Shown here piece after piece: positions 44,030 through 54,527 of a stretch of 64,000 nt of DNA. The DNA comes from an uncultured Chloroflexia bacterium (lineage in GTDB: Bacteria; Chloroflexota; Anaerolineae; B4-G1; SLSP01). The notes beneath the pieces are model-generated. The model searched no databases and was not told the origin of the DNA. It was given only the letters and a program-made list of their open reading frames with translations. Position 1 is the first letter of the stretch, and each line of letters starts with the position of its first letter. The position numbers and the translations under genes were made by a program. The stretch spans positions 1-64,000 of the forward strand of contig CAVVUS010000012.1 of NCBI GenBank assembly GCA_963751345.1. Direction: 5' to 3'.

Positions 44030-46255
44030 GTGAAAGCAGAAGTCAGACCGCACAACGGAACACCCACGCTCTTCCTGAACGGTGAGCCGGCCTTTGCCGG
44101 CTATCTGTGGGCGACCGCGCCCACGACGACGGACTACCCGGTCGCTGACGTGGTGCGAGCTTACGCAGACGCCGGCATTCACCTGCACGCCTTCGACGTG
44201 GGCTCGGTCGGGCAGATGCCCGAGTGGTCCGGGCCGGGCCCGGGCCACTCGGGACCGTACGACTTCTCCACCGTTGAGGCCCGCTACGGTCGCATCCTCG
44301 ATGCCGACCCTGACGCCCAGTTCCACCTACGCGTCCACCTCGAACTGCGGCGCGGTCGCAATGACTGGTGGCTGGATCGCTATCCCGACGAGCGCGATCT
44401 GGATTCTGAGGGGGAGCGAACCACCCAGTCCTTCGCGTCGGAGGTGTGGAGGGAGCAAGGCAACGCCTTCCTCCAGGCCTACATCGCGCACCTCCAGGAC
44501 ACCGGGCTCGACAAGCACGTCATCGCTTACCAGATCGGCGCGGGGCACACCGGGGAGTGGGTCAAAGGTCATACCTCAATGTGGCATACCTGCGGCGACT
44601 ACAGCCTGCCGATGCAACGCTGCTTTCGCGACTGGCTCCGCCGGACGTATCACGACGACGTCGTCGAGCTGCGAGCGGCGTGGAACGATCCCAGCGGCCT
44701 CTTTCGAGACCGCCCAGGTGCCCTCCGCGCTCGCCCAGCTTACCACGACGCACATGGCGTTTCGCGACCCGCGACAGGAACAGGCGGTCATCGACAGCCT
44801 ATCGCTGCCTTGCCGACCGCTGCGCCGATCTGATCGTCGACTTCTGCACCACCGTCAAGACGGCGACGCACGACCAGGCCTTGGCGGGCGCCTTCTACGG
44901 CTATCTGATGGAGCTGGCGTGGAACGCCGGCTTCTTCGCCGAGAACGTGGACTCACCCTATGGCACGACCCAGCGCAGCGGGCACCTGGGCCTCAACAAG
45001 GTCCTCCACGCGCCGCAGGTCGATTTCCTCGTCAGCCCCTACAGCTACGGATTCCGCGGCATCGGTGGCTATGGGGCCGCGATGCCGCCGTCGGAGTCGA
45101 TGCGACGCCACGGCAAGCTCTTCATCTTCGAGGACGATACCCGCACGCACCTGGCGCCACCCGACGCAGGGTTCGGGCGCGCGGCCTCGCCGGACGACAG
45201 CGAGGCCATCCTCAAGCGGAACTTCGCCGAGGTGGTCACCCGCGGCTATGGCATCTGGTGGCTGGGCAACCCCGGGCATATCGACCCGGTGCGGGCGCCC
45301 GCTTTCGGACCCCTGCTGGCTCGGTTCCAGGAATTGGGCACCTTCGCCCTCTCGCTCGACCGGGCGCCGAGCGCTGAGATCGCGATGCTGGTCGACGATG
45401 AGAGCTACTATTACGAGTCGCTGCGCAGCGACCTGGACCTGGCCCTGATCTCACAGCAGCGTCTGTGGGGGATTCCCCGATTGGGCGCGCCCACCGACAC
45501 TTACCTGCTCCAGGACCTGATCGATGGGAACCTGCCGCCCTACAAGCTCTACATCTTGCTCAATGCCTTCCACCTGGATGAGGCGCGACGGGCAGCCCTG
45601 TTGCGGCAACTCAAGCGCGACGGACGTACCGCGCTGTGGCTCTACGCGCCGGGATACATCGACGAGGCACCCGGCCTGGATTCGATGGCGGCCCTCACGG
45701 GGTTCAGCTTCGGCAGGGGCGATCACGCCTGGATCCAGACGATGCACCTCACTAACTTCGATCATCCGATCACGGCGGGGCTGCCGCAGGACCTCTCGTG
45801 GGAGACCGGTGCCAAGGTTGGGCCGCAGTTCCACCTGGAGGACGACGAGGCCACCATCCTCGGCGAGAACGTCTACGCCCAGGGACGGTGCAGGCCGGGA
45901 TTCGGCGTCAAGGTCTTCTCCGGAGTGGACCTCCGTCTACAGCGCCGTCCCGAACCTCCCGGCGCCGGTGCTGCGCGGCATCGCGCGCGCCGCGGGCGTC
46001 CACCTCTACAGCGAGGCCGGCGACGTGCTCTTCGCGTCACGCCAGCTTTTCGGGGCGCACACCGTCTCGGGCGGCCCGCGCACGTTCGCCCTGCCTCGCC
46101 CCGTCGAGGTGGTCTACGATCTCTTCGAGCGGCAAACGGTCGCCGAGAACACGTCAGAGATCAAGGTGACACTGCAGCCGCGATCGACGGTGCTGTACTA
46201 TACGGGGGATGCAGAGCGTCTGAATCACGGATTCAGCGGAGCGGGGCGGATGACA
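44030..46255 (+). CDS. GH42-like beta-galactosidase/glycoside hydrolase (frame breaks near 44700, 44800 and 45920; 3' end uncertain)
   Basis: SFASEVW, IAYQIGAGHTGEW, DYS..FRDWL..Y..LRAAW, GAFYGYL, VDFLVSPYSY, EDDTRTH; trimerisation-like domain LPPYKLYILLN. Confidence 0.7.
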
Positions 46256-46354
46256 CGGGAGAGATTCCACCTTCCGGGTATGCTCACGCCGTCCGCGGCG
46301 ACCCGGAAGGTGAGAAGTCTCCGTGTCAGTAATCCGCGAATCCGTGATTCAGAC
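46218..46354. repeat. ~137-bp nested palindromic element between convergent genes
   Basis: GTCTGAATCACGGATTC(A)GCGGA / TCCGCGAATCCGTGATTCAGAC; TGACACGG / CCGTGTCA; CACCTTCCGGGT / ACCCGGAAGGTG. Confidence 0.85.
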
Positions 46355-46364
46355 AATCCGCGTC

Positions 46365-46710
46365 TTATGATTCTCCGCGGCGGGGCACGATGCAGATGAA
46401 CTCAAACGACGGCGAGCCCGCGTTCTCGAAATGGTGGACCTCGTTGTCGGGCACGTAGATGAAGTCGCCCGCCTGCACGGGCGTCTGGTTGCCGTCCGCG
46501 TCGACGGCAAGCCCGTGTCCCGACCTCGACCTTCACCAGGTGCGGCCAATCGTGGGCGTGGTGCGGCGTCGCGCCGCCCGGCGCCAGCCGGAAGTAGCGC
46601 ATCACGATCTCGTTCGAGCCGTCATCCGGCCCGATCAACACCTGCTTCTTCACACCCTCGTAGCCTGACGCAGCGGCGAAGGGAACGTCCTGTAGCTTCT
46701 TGATGATCAT
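46365..46710 (-). CDS. Cupin domain protein (frame break near 46520)
   Basis: VLIGPDDG..MRYFRLAPGGATPHHAHDWPH; shifted frame YVPDNEVHHFEN..FEFICIVP. Confidence 0.88.
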
Positions 46711-46838
46711 TGACCTCTCCTGTGAATGGAATGCGGGGCGCCCCCAAGACGCAGCACGGGGTGAGCGGCTCCTTGAGACGAAGCCAAGTATAGATCATCT
46801 TGGCGCTGCAACAAAGGGCGACATCCAGGAAATCTCTG

Positions 46839-48606
46839 CTACGTCGCCGTCTCCTGCCAGAGCTCGCGCATCTCCTCGCTCGTCGCCAGCAGCACGTCCA
46901 GCGGGCCGTCGGCCTCGACGCGACCATCCTTGAGCAGGATCACACGATCGGCGCGAGCGAGCACGGCACGCCTGTGCGACACGACCAGGCAGGTAGCGTC
47001 CCGTCGCGCGAAGACCCGCTCCCACAGCGCCTGCTCGGTCTCCACATCCAGCGCACTCGAGAGGTCGTCAAAGACCAGGAGCTCCGGATCGCGCACGAAC
47101 ATCCGCGCCGCAGCCGCGCGCTGCATCTGCCCGCCCGAGAGTTTGACGCCCCGCGGACCTACAAGCGTCTCCAGCCCGTGGTCGAGGGCCGCGAGGTCCT
47201 CCTCCATCACGGCCTTGTGAATCGCGGCGGCAACGTCGACGCCCGCCCCATCGGCGGGCATGCCCATCAGGATGTTGTCACGCAGCGTGTCGCTGAAAAG
47301 CCGCGGCACCTGGGGCGTGTAAGCACACCGCGGCGGAATCAGGAACGTCGCCGGGTCCGTCACCACCTCGTCGTTCCACGTGATCTCCCCAGCATCGCGC
47401 GGCAGTAAGCCCAATAAGGCGCGCAGCAGCGTGCTCTTGCCCGACCCAACCCTCCCGGTCACGACGGCAAACTCGCCCTGTTGGATGTGCAGATTGATGT
47501 CCTCAATACCGCGACCTGCGTCGGGATAGCGATAGGTGAGGCCGCTGACGTTCAGTGACTCAAGCCGGTGTTCGGCAGTTCGCAACGCGAAGGGGATGTC
47601 CCGAAGCTCCTTTTTCACGACGACGGGACGGGGTGCGACGAGCGTCTCGGCGGGTGCGCCCTGCAGCAACTCCGTCATCCGTCGCAGCGAGACCGTCGTT
47701 TGTTGGCCCCAGGCCGTCATGTTGCCGATGGCCGTGATTCCATACGTGACGGGGCTGAGATACGTGACGAAGAGCGCGAAGTCCCCGACGGTGAACGTGC
47801 CGTTCCCCATCGCTTGGGCGCCCAGCAGCAAGATCAGGCCCATGCAGATGTCCACGGCGCTATCGTGGATGGTCCACCGCATCTCGGAGAATATAGCATC
47901 CTTCAAAGCCGCCTTGCGCCGTGCCTCATTGATCCGGTCGAAGCGCTCCTTCGTCCGCCCCTCGGCGCCGTTCACCTTGACCGCAAGCACGTTACCGAAG
48001 ACGTCGCCGATGAAGGCCGTGACGCGCCCGGCAGCCGCGCGGCTGGCAGCGCGATACCTCTGCATATAGCGACTGAGGATGAAGACCGTCACGATGACAA
48101 TGGCCAGGGGAATCAGAAGCGCCAGGGTCAGACGGGCGTTCACGCGCAGCAAGATGGCCAATCCTGCCAGCGCCGCACCAAACTGGCCGATCACCTCGAC
48201 CGTCCAATCGGCACTGAAGTCGGCCATGTGATAGACGTCGCCACGGAAGCGGCTGATAGCCTCACCCGACGTGCCGGGTAGCGCGCGGGCTCCCGGTCGC
48301 TTGAGGATGTGCTCAAGCATGTTCATCTGCAGCAGACCAAAGGTCTCGAAGTAGAAGGGCACCCACGCTGCCTGCCCGACGATCAGCATGGCCATCCGGG
48401 CCACGGCGATCCCCACAAGCAGTGCCAGCAGGGTGGGCAGATTGGTGCCGGCAGGGGCCGAACCGGTGAGCACATCGAACACCTGCCGGGTGATCAGACC
48501 CGGCAGCAGAGGCAGGAAGCGGATCGTCGTCCAACTCAACAGCGCAGAGTGCATATTGCCGCGGCCAGTGCCGGATGATCTTGACGGTGGCGCCCCACAC
48601 GTTCAT
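46839..48606 (-). CDS. ABC exporter, fused TMD-NBD subunit 2 (frame break near 48555)
   Basis: Six TM helices; GRVGSGKST; LSGGQMQR; LVFDD (degenerate Walker B). Confidence 0.92.
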
Positions 48607-50438
48607 ACCAGCACCTCCTCCAGCCCGGTGCGCAGCAGGCCGGCAAACCGGGAGTCAGGGTTCGCGGCAAGCGCGAGCCGGTCGTCGAACTCCACGATCC
48701 GACCGGACTCCAGGATCATGATCTTGTCCGCGCGATGGACGGTGGCGAGACGGTGGGCCACGATCACGGCCGTTCGCCCCCTGAAGAGTCGGTCGATCGC
48801 ACGCTCCATCAGCCGTTCGGTCAGTGGGTCGAGTCGCGAGGAGGCCTCGTCGAGGATCACGAGACCCGGGTCTCGCAGGAAGACGCGGGTGAAGGCCAGG
48901 AGCTGGGCCTCGCCGGCGGAGAGCCCTGCGTTGTTGCCCTGCAACGGTGTGTCCAGACCCTCCGGCAGGTGATCGAGCCATGGCCCCAGCCCCAACTCCT
49001 CAACGACCGCCAGGATTGTCTCGTCGGTGATGCTCTCGTTGAAGAGCGTGAGGTTGTCCCGAACGCTGGCCTCAAAGAGATGCACGTCCTGGGTCACGAT
49101 CCCAACCCGGTATCGCAGGTCCGCCAGTGGGATGTCCCGCAGATCGACCCCGCCGACCCGCACCTCTCCACTCAGCGGATCGTACAGGCGACAAAGAAGC
49201 CGCGTGATCGTGGTCTTGCCGCTGCCGGTGCGTCCCAGGATGCCGACGACCTGCCCCGCATCCAGGGACCAGCCAAGATCCTTGAGGACCAGGCCCTCGT
49301 CCTCATATCCGAAGTCGACGTCGTTGAAGGCAACGGCGAGCGGCCCGGCGGGCAGCCGCAGCGCCCGCTCCGCAGGGGGCTCCTGGACCTGGGGAGTCGT
49401 GTCAAAGAGCTCGCGAATCCGCTCGATACTGCCGGTCGCCGACTGCAGGTCGCGAAGCTGGCGGGCGAGCTGGTTGAGCGGCCACTGGAGCATCGTATTG
49501 TACTGGAAGACGAGATAGACCGCCCCAATCGTGATCTTGCCCTGCAGCATCAGAGTGCCACCCAGCCCCAACGCCAGGACCGTGCCGAGCGCCAGCACCC
49601 CTTCGGTGAAACCCCAGTTCAGCGCGACGCTGGCGACGAACGCCTTCCGGCTCGCACGGAACAGCCCGGTGATGGCCAACTGCAAGCCGCGCATCACGTA
49701 GGCCACGGCACCGTTGGCCCGGATGTCCTCGGTGCCCCCGAGGCGCTCCTCCAGGAAACCGAAGAGCTCCGAGCTGGCCTGGCGCTGCGCCTTCCACATG
49801 GGCGCCGTGATGCTGACCGACTTGCTGAGCACCGCCGCCACAATCACCGCAAAGAACAGAAAGCTGGCGCCAATCCGCCAGTCCTCCCGGAAGAGCAGCA
49901 CCAGGATGCCCACGAGCAGCACTGCATTCCCCAGGATCTGGATCACAAACTGGGAGAAGAAGTTGGACAGCACGTCCACATCGCCATCGATGCGCTCGAT
50001 AATGCCGCCGGGCGTCTGCGCGTTGTGAAAGGGCATATCCAGCCCCAGGCAATGCCCCGCCAGGTCGCCGCGCATCGCATTGGTGGTCCGCCAACGCACG
50101 TCCTGGGTCACGTAGGTCGTCACCAATTGCATCACCCGCCCGATCACCACAAGGGTAAAGAAGAGCGTGGCCAGGCGGATCAGGACGTCGGAGACACCGC
50201 CCGCTTGCCCGGCAGTCTGCTGCTCCGCGGTCTGCTCCGCCGCAGTCTGCTGCGCCGCAGTCTGCTGCGCGAGGTCAATGAACTGGCGCAGGATCTGCGG
50301 CGTCCAGAGCTGCAGCCCGATGCCGGCCAAGAGCAGCACCGCCAGCAGCGCCACCTGGCGCTTCAGGGGGCGCAGATAAGTGCTGAGCAGCGATTGGTAT
50401 TGCCTCAGAATATCCAGCGATGATCCGTTCACGGACAC
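48603..50438 (-). CDS. ABC exporter, fused TMD-NBD subunit 1 (heterodimer partner)
   Basis: GRTGSGKTT; LSAGEAQ; VILDEASS; stop overlaps the partner start. Confidence 0.93.
   Translation of the reverse strand: MSVNGSSLDILRQYQSLLSTYLRPLKRQVALLAVLLLAGIGLQLWTPQILRQFIDLAQQTAAQQTAAEQTAEQQTAGQAGGVSDVLIRLATLFFTLVVIGRVMQLVTTYVTQDVRWRTTNAMRGDLAGHCLGLDMPFHNAQTPGGIIERIDGDVDVLSNFFSQFVIQILGNAVLLVGILVLLFREDWRIGASFLFFAVIVAAVLSKSVSITAPMWKAQRQASSELFGFLEERLGGTEDIRANGAVAYVMRGLQLAITGLFRASRKAFVASVALNWGFTEGVLALGTVLALGLGGTLMLQGKITIGAVYLVFQYNTMLQWPLNQLARQLRDLQSATGSIERIRELFDTTPQVQEPPAERALRLPAGPLAVAFNDVDFGYEDEGLVLKDLGWSLDAGQVVGILGRTGSGKTTITRLLCRLYDPLSGEVRVGGVDLRDIPLADLRYRVGIVTQDVHLFEASVRDNLTLFNESITDETILAVVEELGLGPWLDHLPEGLDTPLQGNNAGLSAGEAQLLAFTRVFLRDPGLVILDEASSRLDPLTERLMERAIDRLFRGRTAVIVAHRLATVHRADKIMILESGRIVEFDDRLALAANPDSRFAGLLRTGLEEVLV
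50212..50271 (-). repeat. 4 x 15-bp tandem repeat encoding (Q/E)QTA(A/E/G) in an exporter loop
   Basis: Protein reads AQQTAAQQTAAEQTAEQQTAG. Confidence 0.85.
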
Positions 50439-50557
50439 CGGCGATCTCCTCGTCTGTGGTTTGAGGGCCGAACGGATAGTCTACACCCGCCGCACTTGGC
50501 GCCAAGAGAAACGCGCCACGCTCGGCGCGCCGCCTTGACTAGGGCAATCGCACTGGG

Positions 50558-50652
50558 CCTTCCAGGAAGCTGCATAGTGCCCTTCAGCGGCAGTCCTTCC
50601 CGGGGTCGCGAGCGGTCCTACATCGTAACGCGCTTCCCAGCTTCCCGGAAGG
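50558..50652. repeat. REP-like element with 15-bp inverted ends
   Basis: CCTTCCAGGAAGCTG ... CAGCTTCCCGGAAGG (one mismatch); core shared with 54541-54576. Confidence 0.7.
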
Positions 50653-50794
50653 TTCTCTCACCGGCGCCGTCCCTGCCCAAACGGCACCTGAACCTGCAGT
50701 GAGCGCAAGCCACTAAGGCGTGGAGGCGGTCGCGGCTCGACCGCCTCCCTTACCACACTCCCGACTTCGGACTCCGGACACTAAAGTCCGGCAC

Positions 50795-50826
50795 AAAAAA
50801 CGCCCCGTGGCCAAGGCCACGGGGCG
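50795..50826 (-). terminator. Rho-independent terminator of the DAK2-LysM genes
   Basis: CGCCCCGTGGCC-tt-GGCCACGGGGCG followed by TTTTTT on the minus strand. Confidence 0.9.
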
Positions 50827-50846
50827 CGTCGGTAGACGAGTAGCGT

Positions 50847-51419
50847 CTACTCCTTAGGCAGCTTCAGTTCCTGACCCACGCGGATCAAGTTCGGATTCGA
50901 GATCTGGTCCTTGTTCATCTCGTGGATCTCAGGCCACCGAGCCGCACTGCCCAACTGCTCCTTGGCGATCTTGCTGAGGCTGTCGCCCCCTTTCACGACG
51001 TAGATGCGGGGCTTCGCGGCTTCAGCGGCTGCCTTTTGGGCGTCCGTCTGAGCCCGGAACTCCTCCAACCGCTTCTGGGCTTCTTCCTCCTTGGCCTTCA
51101 GTGAGGCCGCCATGGCCGCTGCCTTCCGGTCGGCCTCTGCCTTTGCCGCCCTCTCCTCGGCTGCCTTCCGCCTGGCCTCAGCTTCAGCGGCTGCAGCCTC
51201 TGCCTTGGCTTTGGCCTCTGCGGCGGCCCGGTTCTCCTCGATCTTGCGCCGGGTCTCCTCTATCTCGGCCTGGCCCTTGGCCTTTGCGGCGGCGGCCTTT
51301 GCGGCGGTCTCCTCAGCAGCCTTGGCTGCAGCAGCCGCCTCGGCGGCTGCCTTCTCATCGCGCTGCGAGACGGCGTCGACCAGCTTGCCAAACAGACCTT
51401 TCTTCTCCTCATCGGCCAT
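50847..51419 (-). CDS. LysM domain protein with an Ala/Lys/Glu coiled-coil
   Basis: YVVKGGDSLSKIAKEQLGSAARWPEIHEMN..ISNPNLIRVGQELKLP. Confidence 0.92.
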   Translation of the reverse strand: MADEEKKGLFGKLVDAVSQRDEKAAAEAAAAAKAAEETAAKAAAAKAKGQAEIEETRRKIEENRAAAEAKAKAEAAAAEAEARRKAAEERAAKAEADRKAAAMAASLKAKEEEAQKRLEEFRAQTDAQKAAAEAAKPRIYVVKGGDSLSKIAKEQLGSAARWPEIHEMNKDQISNPNLIRVGQELKLPKE

Positions 51420-51465
51420 GATCTATTCTCCTTATACGGGTACGAGATAGGGGTACGAGACGGAA

Positions 51466-52332
51466 CTAGCGTCGGCCCAGAATAGCCTGTAGCATACCTT
51501 GCGCAAGCGCTGCCCCCGCGCCTTGGCGTGGGGTCTGTGCCTGCTGGGGTTTCGTGCCCATGATGGTGGCAAGCAGGGCGGCCTGGGCGGCCTGCGACGG
51601 ATCCGCGCCTGCCTGTTTGGCCTGCAGATACGCCAGGCCCGCCGGCAGGAGCTTCCCCAGCACGTCGCCCATGTCCGGCCCGTCCTGTGCCTGCGGAACC
51701 GGCTGCGCCGGGTGGGCCTGAGCTCCCTGGGCGCCCGTCAGGCCGGTGAGTAGGCTGACCAGGTCTCCCATCTGGCCCGGTTGAGGCTGTGCCTGCGGGG
51801 CCGACGGCCCCTGTGCGCCGGCCAAACCGGTGAGCAGATCCAGCAGTCCTCCCATCTGGCCCGGCTGAGCCTGGGGTTGCTGAACCTGTGCGGGTTGGGC
51901 TTGTGCTCCACCTCCCGCCATGCCCGCGAAGAGGTCCAGCACGCTTGGCGTCGACTCCTCGGGCTTGGGGTATCCCTGGGCAGGGAGAGCACCCAGGAGT
52001 GATTGGATCAGTGAGATGCCATCGGACGCCTTGAGGTCGGTCTTGCCCGACAGTTTGTCTGCTGCCTGCAGGAGACCACGGGAGTAGTATTGGCTGGTGC
52101 CGCCGTGTCCGTTCTCGCTCAGCTTCGCGCCGGCAAGACGCAGGGCCTGGTCCGGTGGATCTGCTTGGTGCTCAGTGAGGGTATCCATGACCATTTGCAC
52201 GTTCTGCAGCGTGTTATCGCCATGGTTACCGTTGTAGCCGTCGAGGGCGTTGATGTCTTCCTTATGCTCGGAAATAACCTGCGCGGCTGCCTTGAAAAGG
52301 CTTGCCAAATCAATCGAAGGCGATTCAGTCAT
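51466..52332 (-). CDS. DAK2 (DhaL-like) domain protein with a Q/P/G-rich repeat tail
   Basis: EHKEDINALDGYNGNHGDN..GGTSQYYSRG; repeated QPGQMG(G/D)L..LLTGL.GAQG. Confidence 0.75.
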   Translation of the reverse strand: MTESPSIDLASLFKAAAQVISEHKEDINALDGYNGNHGDNTLQNVQMVMDTLTEHQADPPDQALRLAGAKLSENGHGGTSQYYSRGLLQAADKLSGKTDLKASDGISLIQSLLGALPAQGYPKPEESTPSVLDLFAGMAGGGAQAQPAQVQQPQAQPGQMGGLLDLLTGLAGAQGPSAPQAQPQPGQMGDLVSLLTGLTGAQGAQAHPAQPVPQAQDGPDMGDVLGKLLPAGLAYLQAKQAGADPSQAAQAALLATIMGTKPQQAQTPRQGAGAALAQGMLQAILGRR

Positions 52333-52585
52333 AGACCCTCCTCTAGAGCGTCGCTCGCGACAATACCCGCCTTGCGGCGGTCGCCTACGGTGCAAGGATA
52401 GCCCTGCTTGATGGCAGGCAGTCACGCGTTAGGACGCATCCGCCACCGTAGCAGCCACTGTACCAAATTGTAGGGTGATGCGATACGAAGTCAATGGCGA
52501 CTCCAGGGCGGGTGCGTTTCATCTCGGGGGAATACAGAAGATTGCTGCATCGTCATCCTGAAACGCACCCCCTGAGTCCACATGC

Positions 52586-52613
52586 TTGACATCGACGGCG
52601 AATAAGGTACAAT
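52586..52613 (+). promoter_or_regulatory. Sigma70 promoter upstream of the rnj leader
   Basis: TTGACA-N16-TACAAT. Confidence 0.75.
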
Positions 52614-52626
52614 CCTTGCCGAAAAT

Positions 52627-52862
52627 ACAGGTGGAGTTTCCACAGGCGGCAGTTCCCCTAGCTGGTACCAGTTAGACATCAACTGTGACACGCTTCAGAC
52701 TGGTAGCAGATCGACTTCAGATTCGCAGCAGTCTCCGATGCGGGATCGCGCGCAAGCGCATATTGGCCCGCCCAAGCTTGTTAAGCCTCAAATGAGGTTC
52801 GCCCCTGCCTGATACGCTGTCTGTAAGCGGTAGTTGGGGTAGGCGTGGACACTCGTGCCTGT
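52627..52862 (+). ncRNA. Candidate structured RNA / 5' leader of rnj
   Basis: 5' and 3' ends pair (ACAGGT/GCCTGT, GAGT/ACTC, TCCAC/GTGGA); nested helices and a GCAA tetraloop hairpin; starts just after the promoter. Confidence 0.55.
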
Positions 52863-52895
52863 GCGATTGGTTAGAGTGAGGGTAATTAGGAGTAT

Positions 52896-54521
52896 ATGGC
52901 TAAGAATTTACAAATCACCCCTATCGGCGGCTTAGGGGGCATCGGCAAGAACATGACGGTGTATGAGTATGGCCGCAACGTATTGGTAGTGGATTGTGGT
53001 GTGATGTTTCCGGCGAATGATATGTACGGCATCGACTTGGTGCTGCCGGATTTCGAATATGTGGTTGAGAATCAGGACAAGCTGCGCGGTATCGTGTTGA
53101 CCCATGGTCATATGGACCACATCGGCGCCTTGCCCTATCTGCTTCGTCGCATGAATGCAAATGTGCCCATCTACGGCACACCACTGACATTGGGTCTGGT
53201 CGAACGGCAACTGGCCGAGAAGAACATGCTGGAGAAAGCGGATCTCCACATACTGACCAAGGGAGAGACGGTCCATCTCGGACCTTTTAGGGTGAGCCCG
53301 TTTGCTGTGGCCCACTCCATCCCCGACGCGGTCGGATTCGTCATCGATACGCCTGTCGGCAAGATCGTCCATACAGGCGACTACAAGCTCGACGAGACGC
53401 CCGCCGGCGGACGCACGACGGATCTGCAGGCCCTGCACGAGCTGACGCAGGGAGGCGTGTTGGCGATGCTGGCCGACAGCACGAATGCCGACAAGCCGGG
53501 TCGCACCGAGACCGAGGCAGTCGTTCGCGAGACGCTCGATCGCCTGTTTGACCAGGCGAAGGGGCATCGCATCATCATCGCGACCTTCTCATCGCTGCTG
53601 GCACGCCTGCAGGAGATCATGGACCTCGCCAAGAAGCACGGGCGCAAGGTCGCCATGACCGGGCGCAGCCTGGTTGAGAACGTCGAACTGGCGCGCGACC
53701 TGGGCTATCTGAAGGTTGCCAAGGATCTCATCGTCGACATCGAGGATCGGGTAAAGCCCGGAAACCTCGTCGTCCTATCGACGGGCTCGCAGGGCGAGCC
53801 ACGTTCGGCGCTAAACCGGATGGCCGACGGCAGCCATCGCCAGGTTCACATTCGGTCCGGCGATACCATCATCATCTCCGGCGGTACGATCCCCGGGAAC
53901 GAGGAAGACGTCAGCCGGATGATCAACGGGCTCTTCGAGCGGGGCGCCAACGTGATCTACGGGGCCATGGCAACGGTGCACGTCTCAGGCCACGGAGGCC
54001 AGGGAGATATGCGCGCGATGCTCGAGACAGTACAGCCGCGCTATCTGATCCCGGTCCACGGTGAGCCGCGCCATCTCTACCTGCACCGGCAGTTAGCTCA
54101 GGAGGTCGGCATTCCCACCGACCGGGTCTTCATCCTCAAGGAGGGTATGCCCTGGGTCAGTGATGGGGAGAAGGCCTGGACCGAGAAGGCAATGCCGTTG
54201 GCGGACGTCCTTGTGGATGGGCGCCTGGTCGGCGAGATCGGTGAGATCGTGATGCGAGACCGTCATCGCCTGTCTCAGGATGGTTTTATCGTTGCACTGA
54301 TCCCGATCAACAAGAAACGGCAGTTGGTCGGCGAACCGCAGATCGTAAGCCGCGGCTTCGTCCATCTGGACGCATCCGACGAGCTGATCGACGCCAGCCG
54401 CAAGGAGATCAAGCGTCAGGTAAAGCGTGGTAACCAGGACCTCCGGCGTCCGCTGGAGGAGCTGTTCTACCGTATGACGCAACTGAGGCCGGTCGTCCTG
54501 CCGCAGTTCATCCAGGTGTAA
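52896..54521 (+). CDS. rnj: Ribonuclease J
   Basis: GGLGGIGKNM, THGHMDHIG, AHSIPD, HTGDYK, DSTNA, TGSQGEP, HVSGH, IPVHGE. Confidence 0.96.
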   Translation: MAKNLQITPIGGLGGIGKNMTVYEYGRNVLVVDCGVMFPANDMYGIDLVLPDFEYVVENQDKLRGIVLTHGHMDHIGALPYLLRRMNANVPIYGTPLTLGLVERQLAEKNMLEKADLHILTKGETVHLGPFRVSPFAVAHSIPDAVGFVIDTPVGKIVHTGDYKLDETPAGGRTTDLQALHELTQGGVLAMLADSTNADKPGRTETEAVVRETLDRLFDQAKGHRIIIATFSSLLARLQEIMDLAKKHGRKVAMTGRSLVENVELARDLGYLKVAKDLIVDIEDRVKPGNLVVLSTGSQGEPRSALNRMADGSHRQVHIRSGDTIIISGGTIPGNEEDVSRMINGLFERGANVIYGAMATVHVSGHGGQGDMRAMLETVQPRYLIPVHGEPRHLYLHRQLAQEVGIPTDRVFILKEGMPWVSDGEKAWTEKAMPLADVLVDGRLVGEIGEIVMRDRHRLSQDGFIVALIPINKKRQLVGEPQIVSRGFVHLDASDELIDASRKEIKRQVKRGNQDLRRPLEELFYRMTQLRPVVLPQFIQV

Positions 54522-54527
54522 TCCGCC

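Noticed and set aside
48735-50423. Long antisense ORFs (562 aa here; also 7755-8819, 10963-12273, 12468-13457)
   Set aside because: Shadow ORFs opposite well-supported genes, expected with high-GC codon usage; no recognisable domains.
50440-50700. Possible T-box or cobalamin riboswitch upstream of the ABC exporter (AGAGA..GCTGGGA; CTGGGAAG)
   Set aside because: No GGTGGNACC antiterminator or specifier loop and no complete B12 box; the inverted-repeat element shared with 54541-54576 explains the motifs better.
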